Below are positions 26,694-36,770 of a stretch of DNA of 53,171 nucleotides, piece after piece (within the stretch, counting starts at the first letter, position 1; the number at the start of each line of letters is the position of its first letter). A model generated the notes under the pieces. The model was given only the letters and a program-made list of their open reading frames with translations. It did not search any database and was not told the DNA's origin. Source of the stretch: a virus (lineage: Duplodnaviria; Caudoviricetes); IMG/VR virus record IMGVR_UViG_3300032308_000975, positions 1-53,171 of that record; one strand, written 5' to 3'. The translations under genes and the position numbers were made by a program.

Positions 26694-26722
26694 ATTGTAA
26701 ATTAATGTTGACAGCGTGTCAA
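26694..26722 (-). promoter_or_regulatory. Sigma70-type promoter for the gp47-gp46-small protein-GIY-YIG unit
   Basis: TTGACA (26717-26722), a 17-nt spacer, then TACAAT (26694-26699). The ATG lies 8 nt downstream. Confidence 0.75.
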
Positions 26723-27573
26723 TCCCAATCGCTACCGCTTTCCGCTGGCGCGGCAGGACCGCCGTAGCTACCGCTACCGCTGCCGCTATTCTGACGAGTC
26801 CAACTTGGATTCATGCCGTTCATTTCCAGAATATCGTCTCTGATGTTTTGGTTACGCTTTTCGATATTGATGATCCGCACGAATGAATTAGTAACAGCGG
26901 CAGTGTAATAAGCAAAAGGATTATCAGATTTGCTCTCATCGAATTGTAGTCCTATCTGAGTTAATTGTAGAATAGCCTGTCCACGCATTTCGTCGTTATA
27001 GGTATAACCTCGAACGTTGCCTCGAGTGGCATAACGCTCACAGAGCTTTATAAACATGCGGGCTAGATTATCAGTCATCTGTCCATGATCTTTTGAAAAC
27101 TTTCCTGTTTTCATACCGCCAGTCCAGTGACTTTTGCCTACACAGACAAGATTGTCGTTCTTGTCGAACTTCCAATGCTGAAACGGAGGAAAATTTACCT
27201 TTTCATGACTGTCTGCGGTATTCTTAAGAGTCTTTTTACGACCAGGCGCTAAAGGAACATGTTCAAATGTCATGACACGGAAGACTACGTCTTGTTTGGC
27301 AATTTTTTTATAGTCGATTTCAAAGTCCTTTAGTGATGCTTTCTTGTCCGACTGTTGTGCTTGGGAATGTGCTAATTTACCCAATCTTGTAGCACGATTT
27401 CTTTTAGCTTCTGCTATGGTTCTTACATTGATTTTTTCTAAATTTGGAACGATTAAATCATAATCGCAGTAGTCTGCAGCAGTATAAGAGCAATATGTGT
27501 TTTTACTTAGATGTATTTCTCTTAATAGGTCCTTGTTTGTAAGGTATTTTATTTTAGGTTGTGGCGTGATCAT
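26719..27573 (-). CDS. gp55: Late-transcription sigma factor (gp55-like)
   Basis: YLTNKDLL, GYTYNDEMRGQAI, FDESKSDNPFAYYT and FVRIINIEKR motifs, in gp55-47-46 synteny. Confidence 0.88.
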   Translation of the reverse strand: MITPQPKIKYLTNKDLLREIHLSKNTYCSYTAADYCDYDLIVPNLEKINVRTIAEAKRNRATRLGKLAHSQAQQSDKKASLKDFEIDYKKIAKQDVVFRVMTFEHVPLAPGRKKTLKNTADSHEKVNFPPFQHWKFDKNDNLVCVGKSHWTGGMKTGKFSKDHGQMTDNLARMFIKLCERYATRGNVRGYTYNDEMRGQAILQLTQIGLQFDESKSDNPFAYYTAAVTNSFVRIINIEKRNQNIRDDILEMNGMNPSWTRQNSGSGSGSYGGPAAPAESGSDWD

Positions 27574-27600
27574 CTACGAAATTTCTCCTCAATTAGTAAT

Positions 27601-27609
27601 ATAATAGCA
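27601..27609 (-). promoter_or_regulatory. Possible extended -10 promoter for gp55
   Basis: TGCTATTAT upstream of the RBS GAGGAG. Confidence 0.4.
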
Positions 27610-27623
27610 TATTTTGTTAATAA

Positions 27624-27629
27624 TAAATA
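27624..27629 (+). promoter_or_regulatory. Late promoter core (TAAATA) for the baseplate operon
   Basis: AATAAATAG followed by GGAGG and ATG 27650. Confidence 0.7.
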
Positions 27630-27649
27630 GAGTATACGGAGGTTTTTGG

Positions 27650-28756
27650 ATGGCCTTATCTACCAATCCGCTGGCAAAATTAGTAAGTTCAGTGTCAGCA
27701 TCTATATCGTCTGCGACTAATGCCGCAGGCCCCGCAGCATCAGAAGGTTTTGCTTCTGCTAAAGCTGCCCTTGATTCAAAAGTCAGCCAACTAGGCGGCG
27801 GAATTTCCAGCGGTTTAAATGGATTTACATCCGGAGTATCCTCAGGCATACCTAATATAGGTACAGCGATGGGCGGTGTAGGCAATCCCATACAAAGTTT
27901 AGCTTCTAGAGCCTCAGGCGCTTTAGGTGGAGCAGCTGGTAGCCTAGGAGGTGTAGCCGGAGCAGTTAGTAATGTTAGTGCGCAGATAGGATCGACTTTA
28001 AGCAAATTAGGTCTAGGTCAAGGTGGGTTGGGCGCAGGTCTTATCAATGCCGCGGCAGGAATCTCTGGAGCGGCAGGACAAATTAATAATCTATTAAGTA
28101 TGTTTAGAGGAAAGAACTTACCCAGTGGAGCAGAATTATTTAGTCAGACGGGTGCGTTCGTTGAGATCAAACCGGGCAAGGGAGACGACTGGCGTGTAAG
28201 GCTTAATTGTAATTTTGGTTTGTTCGGAGGAGCATTTAATCGTCTTTCAGAAACAGGCGGAATGGTTTGGCCGTATCTGCCAAACATCACAGTTTCCACT
28301 AGAGCCAACTATAGCAATATAGAACCAGTTCATAACAATTATCCTTTCCAGGCTTACAAGAATAGTCAAGTTGAAGATATTCAAATATCTGGAGAGTTCA
28401 CAGTTGAAACAGAAATAGATGCCGAGTATTGGGTACAGGCAACAACTTTTTTGAAAACTGCTACAAAAATGTTTTTCGGTACCGGTGCCTACGCAGGTAA
28501 TCCACCGGTGATATGTAATCTATCGGGTTATGGTACTAGGATATTCCATAATGTTCCTGTAATTGTAAAATCCTTTAGTGTAGATTTGAAAGAAGATGTA
28601 AATTACATGAAATATAATGATGCTACTGGTTCTCCAACTTGGGTTCCGGTGTTGAGTACAATATCTGCTACTGTGTCTCCGATCTACAACAGAACAAGAT
28701 TACGTCAGTTCAGCTTAGAAGATTATGCTAAAGGCAATGCCGTAGGATTCATGTAA
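27650..28756 (+). CDS. Baseplate/tail-tube initiator-like protein (gp48/gp54-like) with Gly/Ala/Ser-rich N-terminus
   Basis: Start moved to ATG 27650 (RBS GGAGG). The C-terminal tube-fold-like domain contains PPVICNLSGYG and VPVIVKSFSVDL. It lies upstream of gp53. Confidence 0.6.
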   Translation: MALSTNPLAKLVSSVSASISSATNAAGPAASEGFASAKAALDSKVSQLGGGISSGLNGFTSGVSSGIPNIGTAMGGVGNPIQSLASRASGALGGAAGSLGGVAGAVSNVSAQIGSTLSKLGLGQGGLGAGLINAAAGISGAAGQINNLLSMFRGKNLPSGAELFSQTGAFVEIKPGKGDDWRVRLNCNFGLFGGAFNRLSETGGMVWPYLPNITVSTRANYSNIEPVHNNYPFQAYKNSQVEDIQISGEFTVETEIDAEYWVQATTFLKTATKMFFGTGAYAGNPPVICNLSGYGTRIFHNVPVIVKSFSVDLKEDVNYMKYNDATGSPTWVPVLSTISATVSPIYNRTRLRQFSLEDYAKGNAVGFM

Positions 28757-28757
28757 T

Positions 28758-29057
28758 ATGGCAGCCTACAAAAAATCTTCTCCTTATTATAATACATCTC
28801 AAAATGAGCTGTATCTTGAGCTATTAACTATACGCCCAGTTCCAGCTGAATCAGACGATTACAAATATGTGATCGAATCTCAATATAAACATAGACCCGA
28901 TTTATTAGCCTATGACTTGTATGGCAATGCTAACCTATGGTGGGTATTTGTTCAAAGGAATATGGAAGTGATCAAGGATCCTATCTACGATTTTGAACCA
29001 GGAGTAGTTATCTATTGTCCTAAGAAAACTAATCTAGAAAAATATCTAGGAGTCTAA
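28758..29057 (+). CDS. gp53: Baseplate wedge protein, LysM-like (gp53-like)
   Basis: HRPDLLAYDLYGNANLWWVF motif. Confidence 0.8.
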   Translation: MAAYKKSSPYYNTSQNELYLELLTIRPVPAESDDYKYVIESQYKHRPDLLAYDLYGNANLWWVFVQRNMEVIKDPIYDFEPGVVIYCPKKTNLEKYLGV

Positions 29058-29058
29058 T

Positions 29059-31404
29059 GTGGCAAATCTATTAAGGGCATTAGGAGTAGCTGGCGCAGCC
29101 TACGGTATATCAAAGTTAGTAGAAAAGAAACCCGATGGATCTCCTATAGATTTTATCACGAGAACTCCTAATATTCCCCAAGGCTTAGCATCTGTAGCAA
29201 CAGGACTGGTCAATCCCGGTGCTGTTATTAACACGGGTGACATAGGCAAGATCGTTCAAGACCCTAATAAAAATTCTACATTGAGTAGTATTCTAAGCTT
29301 TGGAGCAGCAAAGCCGCCAGCAGGTGGTCCTCCGTACGAAAATGTTCTAGAACAGTTTGCTTCATATTCTCCTGTGTGGACATTGGCCTGTTTGACCCCT
29401 GAGCAATTTAATGATCCCAGTTCTTATAGAGGAAACCCCGGAGCTCTTAAAGAAATAGTTTTAGCCTCGGCGGGAAGATTTGATGCACAGAGAACTAGAA
29501 CAGAATTTGGAACACCAGAATATTTTATCGATAACATAGTTCTTAATTCTAAACTCAGTCCTGGACCGGGAACAGGTAATACAAACGTTATAGGCTTTAC
29601 ATTTGATGTTTACGAGCCGTATTCTCTAGGTCTGTTTATACAGAGTTTACAGAATGCTGCTATTAAATCAGGATACACAAATTATTTCAACGAGTGCCCA
29701 TTCTTATTCAAATTAGAATTTTTAGGATTCAAAGACAATGGTGCTATTTTTACAGGCACAGAGGCCTTGGCGAAATATTTCACTATCAAAATCACTAAAA
29801 TAGACTTTACTGTTAACGAAGGAGGCAGTAATTATAAAGTTGAAGCAGTGCCTCTTCATCATACAGGATTATCAGATGTGGTTAATAGATTACCCACTGA
29901 CGCTACTATAACCGGTGAAACAGTAAAAGAAATGTTGGTCAGCGGTCAGCGAAGTCTCTGTACAATGCTGAATAAAATACAGCTCGAATTAGTAGATAAA
30001 AAACAACAAGATTACCCCGATTTATTTGAAATCGTATTTCCTGTAGATTCTCATGACAATGTGGGATTAGGGGAAAGAGAAAATGTTGAATTGCTCAAAG
30101 CCACAGCCGATCCTAAAGCAGAAGTTAAACAACCACTGAGAGGACGACAGGGACAAGATAGTCAGGATTTCGGTGACGGAGAAATAGGCGCAGCTGATAT
30201 GGGATTCGGTCCAGAGGACGGCGGTAACTATCTATATCCTCTAGAAGGAGATGCCTCAGATCCAGCCACAGGTAGGATCGTGCGAGATCAAATGACCATC
30301 GATCCTAAACAACGTGCCTTTACTTTTAAACAAGATGACAAGATAACAGAAGTAATACAGCGAGTGGTAGTGGCATCAGAATACGGAGTTAAAGCAGTTA
30401 AACCCGAAAACTTAGATCCAGAAGGAAGAGCTTCGTGGTTTAGAATTGATGTACAAATGCAGTTCCTTGAATTTGATACCAAAAGAAATACTAGATCGAA
30501 AAAATATATTTTTAGGGTAGTGCCTTATAAAGTAAGGGGCGATATATTGAAAAATCCAACATCAACATCAGCCGGAGCCGCAAATCTTAAAAAGAAGATA
30601 GCCAAGCGATACAACTATCTGTATACAGGACAGAATAACGATTTATTAAAATTTGATCTAAGCTTTAACGGTATGTTTTTCACTGGACAATTACCTAGAT
30701 CGGCAAATGACAACGCTAATGTTGCTAATAAAGATACCAACAGTGCTGCGCCCACAGGAGAGCCTACAGCAGAAGTAAGAACAGGAGCCGCTCCTGCGGT
30801 AGCAGCATCGACTGCAGGTACACCTGCTGTGAAACCAGATCCAAGCATTGATGTTTCTTCTCCTTCGGGTGCTAAGAAAGTGGAGCAAATGGTAGCAGAT
30901 GCTTTCCAGAAAGCTTTTCAAAACTCCAGCAGCGATTTAGTTAATATAGAAATAGACATTCTAGGTGATCCTTTTTATATTTCAGACAGCGGTCTGTCAG
31001 CAAACTATGTTGCCGGAGAAGGTCCAGTAGATCAAATTAACTCCGATGGTTCTATGAACTGGGAGGGTGGAGAAGTTTACTGTGAAATTGTGTTTAGGAA
31101 TCCAGTAGAACCAAATCTTGGTGTTACCGGACAAGGCGGTCTATGGAATTTCCCTCAGGGAGCCGGAGTAAGTCCGTTTAGCGGCACCTACATGATACAC
31201 GAAGTAACTAATAAATTTTCAAGCGGATCGTTTCAGCAGTCTCTGAAATGCGTAAGACAACAAGGTCAACCAGAAGATACTCCAGGAGCATCCGTGGCCA
31301 AAGAACAACAGAGTCTATACGACACTAGCAAACCAGAACCAGAAAGAACTGCGCCAGCAGATGATCCGGTTACTGGCAATACATGGGACTATCCAGCGGC
31401 ATAA
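29059..31404 (+). CDS. Baseplate hub protein (gp27/VgrG-N-like, tentative)
   Basis: Lies between gp53 and gp5; C-terminal IEIDILGDP and FSGTYMIHEVTNKFSSGSFQQSL motifs typical of hub proteins. Confidence 0.55.
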   Translation: MANLLRALGVAGAAYGISKLVEKKPDGSPIDFITRTPNIPQGLASVATGLVNPGAVINTGDIGKIVQDPNKNSTLSSILSFGAAKPPAGGPPYENVLEQFASYSPVWTLACLTPEQFNDPSSYRGNPGALKEIVLASAGRFDAQRTRTEFGTPEYFIDNIVLNSKLSPGPGTGNTNVIGFTFDVYEPYSLGLFIQSLQNAAIKSGYTNYFNECPFLFKLEFLGFKDNGAIFTGTEALAKYFTIKITKIDFTVNEGGSNYKVEAVPLHHTGLSDVVNRLPTDATITGETVKEMLVSGQRSLCTMLNKIQLELVDKKQQDYPDLFEIVFPVDSHDNVGLGERENVELLKATADPKAEVKQPLRGRQGQDSQDFGDGEIGAADMGFGPEDGGNYLYPLEGDASDPATGRIVRDQMTIDPKQRAFTFKQDDKITEVIQRVVVASEYGVKAVKPENLDPEGRASWFRIDVQMQFLEFDTKRNTRSKKYIFRVVPYKVRGDILKNPTSTSAGAANLKKKIAKRYNYLYTGQNNDLLKFDLSFNGMFFTGQLPRSANDNANVANKDTNSAAPTGEPTAEVRTGAAPAVAASTAGTPAVKPDPSIDVSSPSGAKKVEQMVADAFQKAFQNSSSDLVNIEIDILGDPFYISDSGLSANYVAGEGPVDQINSDGSMNWEGGEVYCEIVFRNPVEPNLGVTGQGGLWNFPQGAGVSPFSGTYMIHEVTNKFSSGSFQQSLKCVRQQGQPEDTPGASVAKEQQSLYDTSKPEPERTAPADDPVTGNTWDYPAA

Positions 31405-31412
31405 GGTAATAT

Positions 31413-32858
31413 ATGGCAATAGAAAAACGATCACCGGTCAAACAAGATGCTGGCAAAATGGATCAGGGAATTATCCTGGCCAAAGTTGTTGGTTATATGG
31501 ATCCGTCATTCATGGGAGGATTAGAAGTTACTCTATTGAGAGAGCACGGTAATACCATAGGTGATTTAAATCAAACCTATTACGTAAAATATGCTTCTCC
31601 GTTTTATGGAGTTACAGCCTATGAATACATGGGTTTAAACAAAGATGACTTTAATGACACACAAAAATCTTACGGTATGTGGTTTCCTACACCGGAGATA
31701 GGTACCACAGTTATGTGTACGTTCATTGATGGCAACCCTGCTGAAGGATTCTGGATCGCTTGTATACCCGGTAAGTTTATGAATCATATGATTCCTGCGA
31801 TCGGTGCTACCACAGAGGTTGAACTATCAAAAGAAGATAAAGAAAAATATGATACTAGTCAGCCTCTTCCTGTAGGAGAAATAAACAGGAAGTCTAATGA
31901 CTTAGAAAAAAGTCTTCAAATTGATAAAATTAAAAAACCAGTCCATCCTATCGCCGATAGTTTTTTAAAACAAGGATTATTGGAAGATGATGTTAGAGGA
32001 GCGACCACAAGTACCAGTAGAAGAAGTATACCTAATACAGTCTTTGGAATTTCTACTCCTGGCCCGTTAGATCGTAGAGATGGTGCTAAAAAACAGTACA
32101 TAGGAAAACAGCAGAGTAAAACAGCAGTTACAGTTCCGGTCAGCAGATTAGGAGGAACTACGCTGGTATTTGATGATGGTGACGATCAATATCAACGCAA
32201 AAAGTCTGCGGGAGAGGGCGGGGTTGAGTATGCTGATACTCTTAATGGAGAAAAAGGTCAACCAGATATTCCTTATAATGAATATGTGAGACTAAGAACA
32301 AGAACCGGGCATCAAATACTTTTACATAACAGCGAAGATTTAATTTATATTGGCAACGCTAAAGGTACTACCTGGGTAGAATTAACCAGCAACGGAAAAA
32401 TCGACATCTATGCTGAGGACAGTATTTCTATACACACAGAACAAGATCTTAATATCCGTGCCGATAGAGATATCAACATGGAAGCAGGTAGAAATGTTAA
32501 TATCAAAGCAGTAAGCGGAAACTTTCATGCCGAAGCAGGAGCAAATTATCAACTATTTGCCGGCGCTAATGGTCAACTAACGGCCACAGCAGTGACAAAT
32601 ATTGTCAGCGGAGCTAGTCATTTAGAAACGTCACCTGCTATTCATATGAACGGACCTCCAGCAACTCCCTGTAGCCCGTTGAGCACACACGACAACGTTA
32701 AAACTAGCTCAAAACAGCCTTGGGCGAAAAAACGTTATGCTGAAGCTTCTCCGTTAACAAGCATTATGAAAAGAGTTCCTATGCATGAACCTTGGGCATT
32801 ACACGAAAACAATGCTCCTGATTTATTAACACCGGATAACACCGACAGAGATGTCTAA
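31413..32858 (+). CDS. gp5: Baseplate central spike (gp5-like OB-fold plus beta-helix, no lysozyme domain)
   Basis: YGMWFPTPEIGTTVMCTFIDG OB-fold motif, RTRTGHQI, and alternating beta-helix repeats ending IHMNG. Confidence 0.75.
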   Translation: MAIEKRSPVKQDAGKMDQGIILAKVVGYMDPSFMGGLEVTLLREHGNTIGDLNQTYYVKYASPFYGVTAYEYMGLNKDDFNDTQKSYGMWFPTPEIGTTVMCTFIDGNPAEGFWIACIPGKFMNHMIPAIGATTEVELSKEDKEKYDTSQPLPVGEINRKSNDLEKSLQIDKIKKPVHPIADSFLKQGLLEDDVRGATTSTSRRSIPNTVFGISTPGPLDRRDGAKKQYIGKQQSKTAVTVPVSRLGGTTLVFDDGDDQYQRKKSAGEGGVEYADTLNGEKGQPDIPYNEYVRLRTRTGHQILLHNSEDLIYIGNAKGTTWVELTSNGKIDIYAEDSISIHTEQDLNIRADRDINMEAGRNVNIKAVSGNFHAEAGANYQLFAGANGQLTATAVTNIVSGASHLETSPAIHMNGPPATPCSPLSTHDNVKTSSKQPWAKKRYAEASPLTSIMKRVPMHEPWALHENNAPDLLTPDNTDRDV

Positions 32859-32867
32859 GGATTGAAT

Positions 32868-33305
32868 ATGGCAAAACTTTATAATAGAAAATCAGCAGTG
32901 AGTTTACAGGCCAGCGTAGGCGACGCTGAAGTAACTACTTTTACCTATAAGGGTTTTGATTCTAAAAATACAAAAAATAATTTCAAAGCCTATGATATAG
33001 ATCTAGTCAAGCAAGATCTAGTAAATCACTTTTATATTCGTAAAGGCGAAAAATTAATGCAGCCTGATTTTGGAACAGTGATCTGGGACGTGCTTTTTGA
33101 GCCGTTTACAGAAGAACTGAAAGAAATCATAACCAAGGACGTTGAAGCTATAATCAACTACGACCCTAGGATATCTATAAATTCTGTGACAATAGATAGC
33201 ACAGATCAAGGAATTAGGATCGAAGCCGAGATCGTTTACATACCGTTTAACGTGGTAGAACGCATGACTTTTGACTTCGATCGCAAGAATAACATTATTA
33301 ACTGA
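32868..33305 (+). CDS. gp25: Baseplate wedge/sheath initiator (gp25-like)
   Basis: RKGEKLMQPDFGTVIWDVLFEP and YDPRI motifs. ATG 32868 is preferred over the track's TTG at 32862. Confidence 0.9.
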   Translation: MAKLYNRKSAVSLQASVGDAEVTTFTYKGFDSKNTKNNFKAYDIDLVKQDLVNHFYIRKGEKLMQPDFGTVIWDVLFEPFTEELKEIITKDVEAIINYDPRISINSVTIDSTDQGIRIEAEIVYIPFNVVERMTFDFDRKNNIIN

Positions 33306-33323
33306 CCAGATTATTTTATTGGG

Positions 33324-33329
33324 TAAATA
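33324..33329 (+). promoter_or_regulatory. Late promoter core (TAAATA)
   Basis: GGTAAATAT, 21 nt upstream of the gp6 ATG. Confidence 0.6.
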
Positions 33330-33350
33330 TTAGATAGGACGAAAAATACA

Positions 33351-36300
33351 ATGACTACTACGTCAAGACAGACTAATTTAATACTAAATCAAGATTGGAC
33401 TCGCATCTATCAGACTTTTAAAAATGCGGATTTTAAATCTTATGATTTTGAAAACCTACGTAGGGTTATGATAACCTATCTCCGTGAAAACTATCCGGAA
33501 GATTTTAATGATTATGTAGAAAGTTCAGAATATCTAGCTCTAATAGATGCTGTGGCATTTTTAGGACAAAGCCTTGCTTTCCGTATCGATCTTGCCTCTA
33601 GAGAAAACTTTATTGAACTAGCAGAACGTAAAGAAAGCGTTCTTCGCCTAGCTAGAATGTTAGGTTATAACAGCAAGAGAAACATGCCAGCGATGGGACT
33701 GTTAAAATTTGACACAGTCAGTACTACAGAATCTATTTTAGACAGTAACGGCAAAAATCTCAGCCAACAGGTTGTGATATGGAACGACCCAACAAATGCT
33801 AATTGGTCAGAACAGTTTGTAACAGTTTTAAATTCTGCTATGGCTGACAGTATAGAATTTGGAAGACCGCAGGGCAAAGAAACTATAGCAGGGATTTCTA
33901 CAGAACAATATAGATTTAGAACAGCATCAACAGATGTTCCTGTGTTCGCTTTTTCTAAAACTGTAGCAGGCAGACAGATGGTATTTGAATTACTCAGTAC
34001 CACATTTAAAAATGCTGAAGAAATATATGAAGAACCACCAGTTCCTGGAAATCAGTTAGGATTCGTTTACCGCAACGACGGCAAAGGCGGGTCCAGTGCT
34101 AACACAGGTTTTTATCTGTTATTCAAACAAGGTAGTTTAGAATTAGCAGATTTCAATGTAGAAGCTCCTTCTACTAATGAAATAGTATCCGTAGATACTA
34201 ACAACATTAATGAAATAGACGTGTGGTTATATCAATTAACTTCGGCAGGAATCCAGACCACAGAATGGACTAAGGTTCAAAGTTTGGTAGGTAGTAACAT
34301 TGCCTATAATAGTATTAATTCAGATATCAGAACCATATATTCTGTCAAAACTAAAGAGAACGATAGAATCGATCTTTTATTTGCCGACGGAGTCTACGGT
34401 AATTTGCCACAAGGACCGTTCAGAGTCTATTATAGAATTAGCAACGGATTAGTTTATCAGATAGCCCCATCAGATTTGAGAGGCGTTACTATAGCCATAC
34501 CTTATATCAATAAACAAGGTGTGGCTCATACTCTAACAGTGACCATGAGTTTAAAATACACCGTTAGTTCGTCAGCAGCTAGCGAAACAGTTGATCAAAT
34601 TAGATTTAATGCTCCTGCTCAGTACTACACTCAGAATAGAATGATCACTGCGGAGGACTATAACCTTGCTCCGTTAACCAGCAGTCAGGATATCTTAAAA
34701 GTAAGATCTATTAATAGAGTTTCTAGCGGAATTTCTAGAAACTATGATATTATTGATGCCAGCGGAAAGTATAGTGCGGTAAATGTATTTGGCGACGACG
34801 GTCTAATTTATAAGAGCCAAACAGAAAGATCTTTAAGTTTTAAATTTATCAATAGATTTGATATTGTCAATTTTATTAGAAATAGCATTGAACCGCTTTT
34901 TACAGACACTGATGTTTATAACTTTTACCTCACAAAATATGAAAAAGTTTTGTTTTCAGATCAAAACACTATATGGAATTCGATAACTAGCGATGTAAAT
35001 TTATCTACAGGATATTTTATAAATGCTATAGATAATACTAACATTTTAAAAACCGGAACATATACTTCTAATACTTTGAAGTATGTAGTTAGCGGTTCTT
35101 TGATTAAATTTGTTCCTCCAACCGGTAAAGCTTTTAAGAAAGGAAAATTAGTAAACATTGATGCTACAGATCCAGATCAAAGAGATAGAATATGGACAAA
35201 AGTAGTAAAGATAGTAGGCGACGGAACCAATGCCGGTCGAGGAGTATTGGCCAACGGTTTAGGTGCAGTGCAGTTCAGTGATATTGTTCCTACTGGCGCC
35301 ATAGCGTCTAGAATTGTTCCGAAATTCGTTAATAATCTATCTAATTCTTTGGAATCAGAAATGGTTACATTGATGTTTTCAAACTTAAATTTTGGTTTAA
35401 GATATGATTATATCGAGGGAGACTGGAAATTAATAACTTCGGCAAACCTAAATTTAGTAGGAAACTTCAGTTTAGGTAAGGCCGGAGACAGCACAAATAG
35501 CAGTTTAGATTCATCCTGGATTGTAGCATTTGTTAAAATCGCCGACGAATACGTTATTAGAATTCGAGGTTTAGATTACATCTTTGGCAGTATAGAGCAG
35601 AATAGATTTTATTACGATTCAAATCGAAAAGTCTATGACAGTAGAACAGGGCAAGTTGTTAAAGATCAGATTAAAATTCTCAATATTAATTCTGACAATA
35701 CATTTTTAACATCACTAAAACAAGATATCACTTTTGAAATAGATGATTCAATCAAGTTCGACGACGGATATCAGAGTGTAGAGGAAGTTAAGATAGCTTT
35801 TTCAGATTCCGATGATGACGGAGTTATTGATAATCCTGAATCTTTCGAATTGATTGTTGGAACAGATGCAGCCTTAAATTATCTATTTTTCCAAGAAATC
35901 GTGGACGATCTAGGCAACAAGAAAAAGGTATTCATAGATAATACTAACGATACTATTTTGATTGAGCAGAAAGAAAGTTTAATTAATGTTAATAACTATG
36001 ATAGCGGACAATTAATTTATTTCTATGACTCGGAAGAGGACGTGGTTAAGGAAGTTAATAAGTCAACCAATACATTAGACATAAGACCAGATTATATAGC
36101 TGCGGTAGGAAGATCAAAATTAAAATTTCAATATATCCATACAGCAGACTCGGATCGACGAATAGATCCTAGTTCCAGTAATATCATGGACGTATATCTA
36201 TTAACAAGAAGTTATGACAGAGATTTTAGGAATTTTCTAGCCGGAGCAATTAGAAATAAACCCGAACCACCTAACAGCGATAGTCTAAGGATAAGTTTTG

Positions 36301-36764
36301 GTTCTAAATTAAATTCTATAAAGGCGATCAGTGATGAGGTTGTTTACCATCCTGTAGTCTATAAAGTATTATTTGGGCAAACAGCCGAACCTAAATTTCA
36401 AGCTACATTTAAGGTAGTTAAAAATCCTAATAAATTAATAAATGATAATGATTTAAAGGTAAGAATAGTTTTGGCTATAAATGAATTTTTTGATATAAAC
36501 AATTGGGATTTCGGAGATAGATTTTATGTCAGCGAGCTCATAGCATATATTTTGACAACTGTAGCCCCGGATATCAGCAACATAGTTTTAGTTCCCAAGC
36601 AGCCAGATCAGGTGTTCGGTAGTTTATTTGAAATTCAAAGTAGAGTAGACGAGATATTTGTTAGCGGTGCGACAGTAGATGATATATCAATAGTATCTGC
36701 AGTATCAGCAGCAGAAATACGTGTTAATGCGGATTCTGTAGTTTCAAATACAAATAACGGTTAA
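33351..36764 (+). CDS. gp6: Baseplate wedge protein (gp6-like, enlarged)
   Basis: SYDFENLR, ESVLRLARMLGY, FADGVYG and ETVDQIRFNAP..YYTQNRMITAEDY motifs. Confidence 0.88.
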   Translation: MTTTSRQTNLILNQDWTRIYQTFKNADFKSYDFENLRRVMITYLRENYPEDFNDYVESSEYLALIDAVAFLGQSLAFRIDLASRENFIELAERKESVLRLARMLGYNSKRNMPAMGLLKFDTVSTTESILDSNGKNLSQQVVIWNDPTNANWSEQFVTVLNSAMADSIEFGRPQGKETIAGISTEQYRFRTASTDVPVFAFSKTVAGRQMVFELLSTTFKNAEEIYEEPPVPGNQLGFVYRNDGKGGSSANTGFYLLFKQGSLELADFNVEAPSTNEIVSVDTNNINEIDVWLYQLTSAGIQTTEWTKVQSLVGSNIAYNSINSDIRTIYSVKTKENDRIDLLFADGVYGNLPQGPFRVYYRISNGLVYQIAPSDLRGVTIAIPYINKQGVAHTLTVTMSLKYTVSSSAASETVDQIRFNAPAQYYTQNRMITAEDYNLAPLTSSQDILKVRSINRVSSGISRNYDIIDASGKYSAVNVFGDDGLIYKSQTERSLSFKFINRFDIVNFIRNSIEPLFTDTDVYNFYLTKYEKVLFSDQNTIWNSITSDVNLSTGYFINAIDNTNILKTGTYTSNTLKYVVSGSLIKFVPPTGKAFKKGKLVNIDATDPDQRDRIWTKVVKIVGDGTNAGRGVLANGLGAVQFSDIVPTGAIASRIVPKFVNNLSNSLESEMVTLMFSNLNFGLRYDYIEGDWKLITSANLNLVGNFSLGKAGDSTNSSLDSSWIVAFVKIADEYVIRIRGLDYIFGSIEQNRFYYDSNRKVYDSRTGQVVKDQIKILNINSDNTFLTSLKQDITFEIDDSIKFDDGYQSVEEVKIAFSDSDDDGVIDNPESFELIVGTDAALNYLFFQEIVDDLGNKKKVFIDNTNDTILIEQKESLINVNNYDSGQLIYFYDSEEDVVKEVNKSTNTLDIRPDYIAAVGRSKLKFQYIHTADSDRRIDPSSSNIMDVYLLTRSYDRDFRNFLAGAIRNKPEPPNSDSLRISFGSKLNSIKAISDEVVYHPVVYKVLFGQTAEPKFQATFKVVKNPNKLINDNDLKVRIVLAINEFFDINNWDFGDRFYVSELIAYILTTVAPDISNIVLVPKQPDQVFGSLFEIQSRVDEIFVSGATVDDISIVSAVSAAEIRVNADSVVSNTNNG

Positions 36765-36770
36765 AGATTT

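Noticed and set aside
27589-28005. 138-aa minus-strand ORF upstream of gp55
   Set aside because: Antisense shadow of the Gly/Ala/Ser-rich N-terminus of the plus-strand gene, which has the RBS and late promoter.
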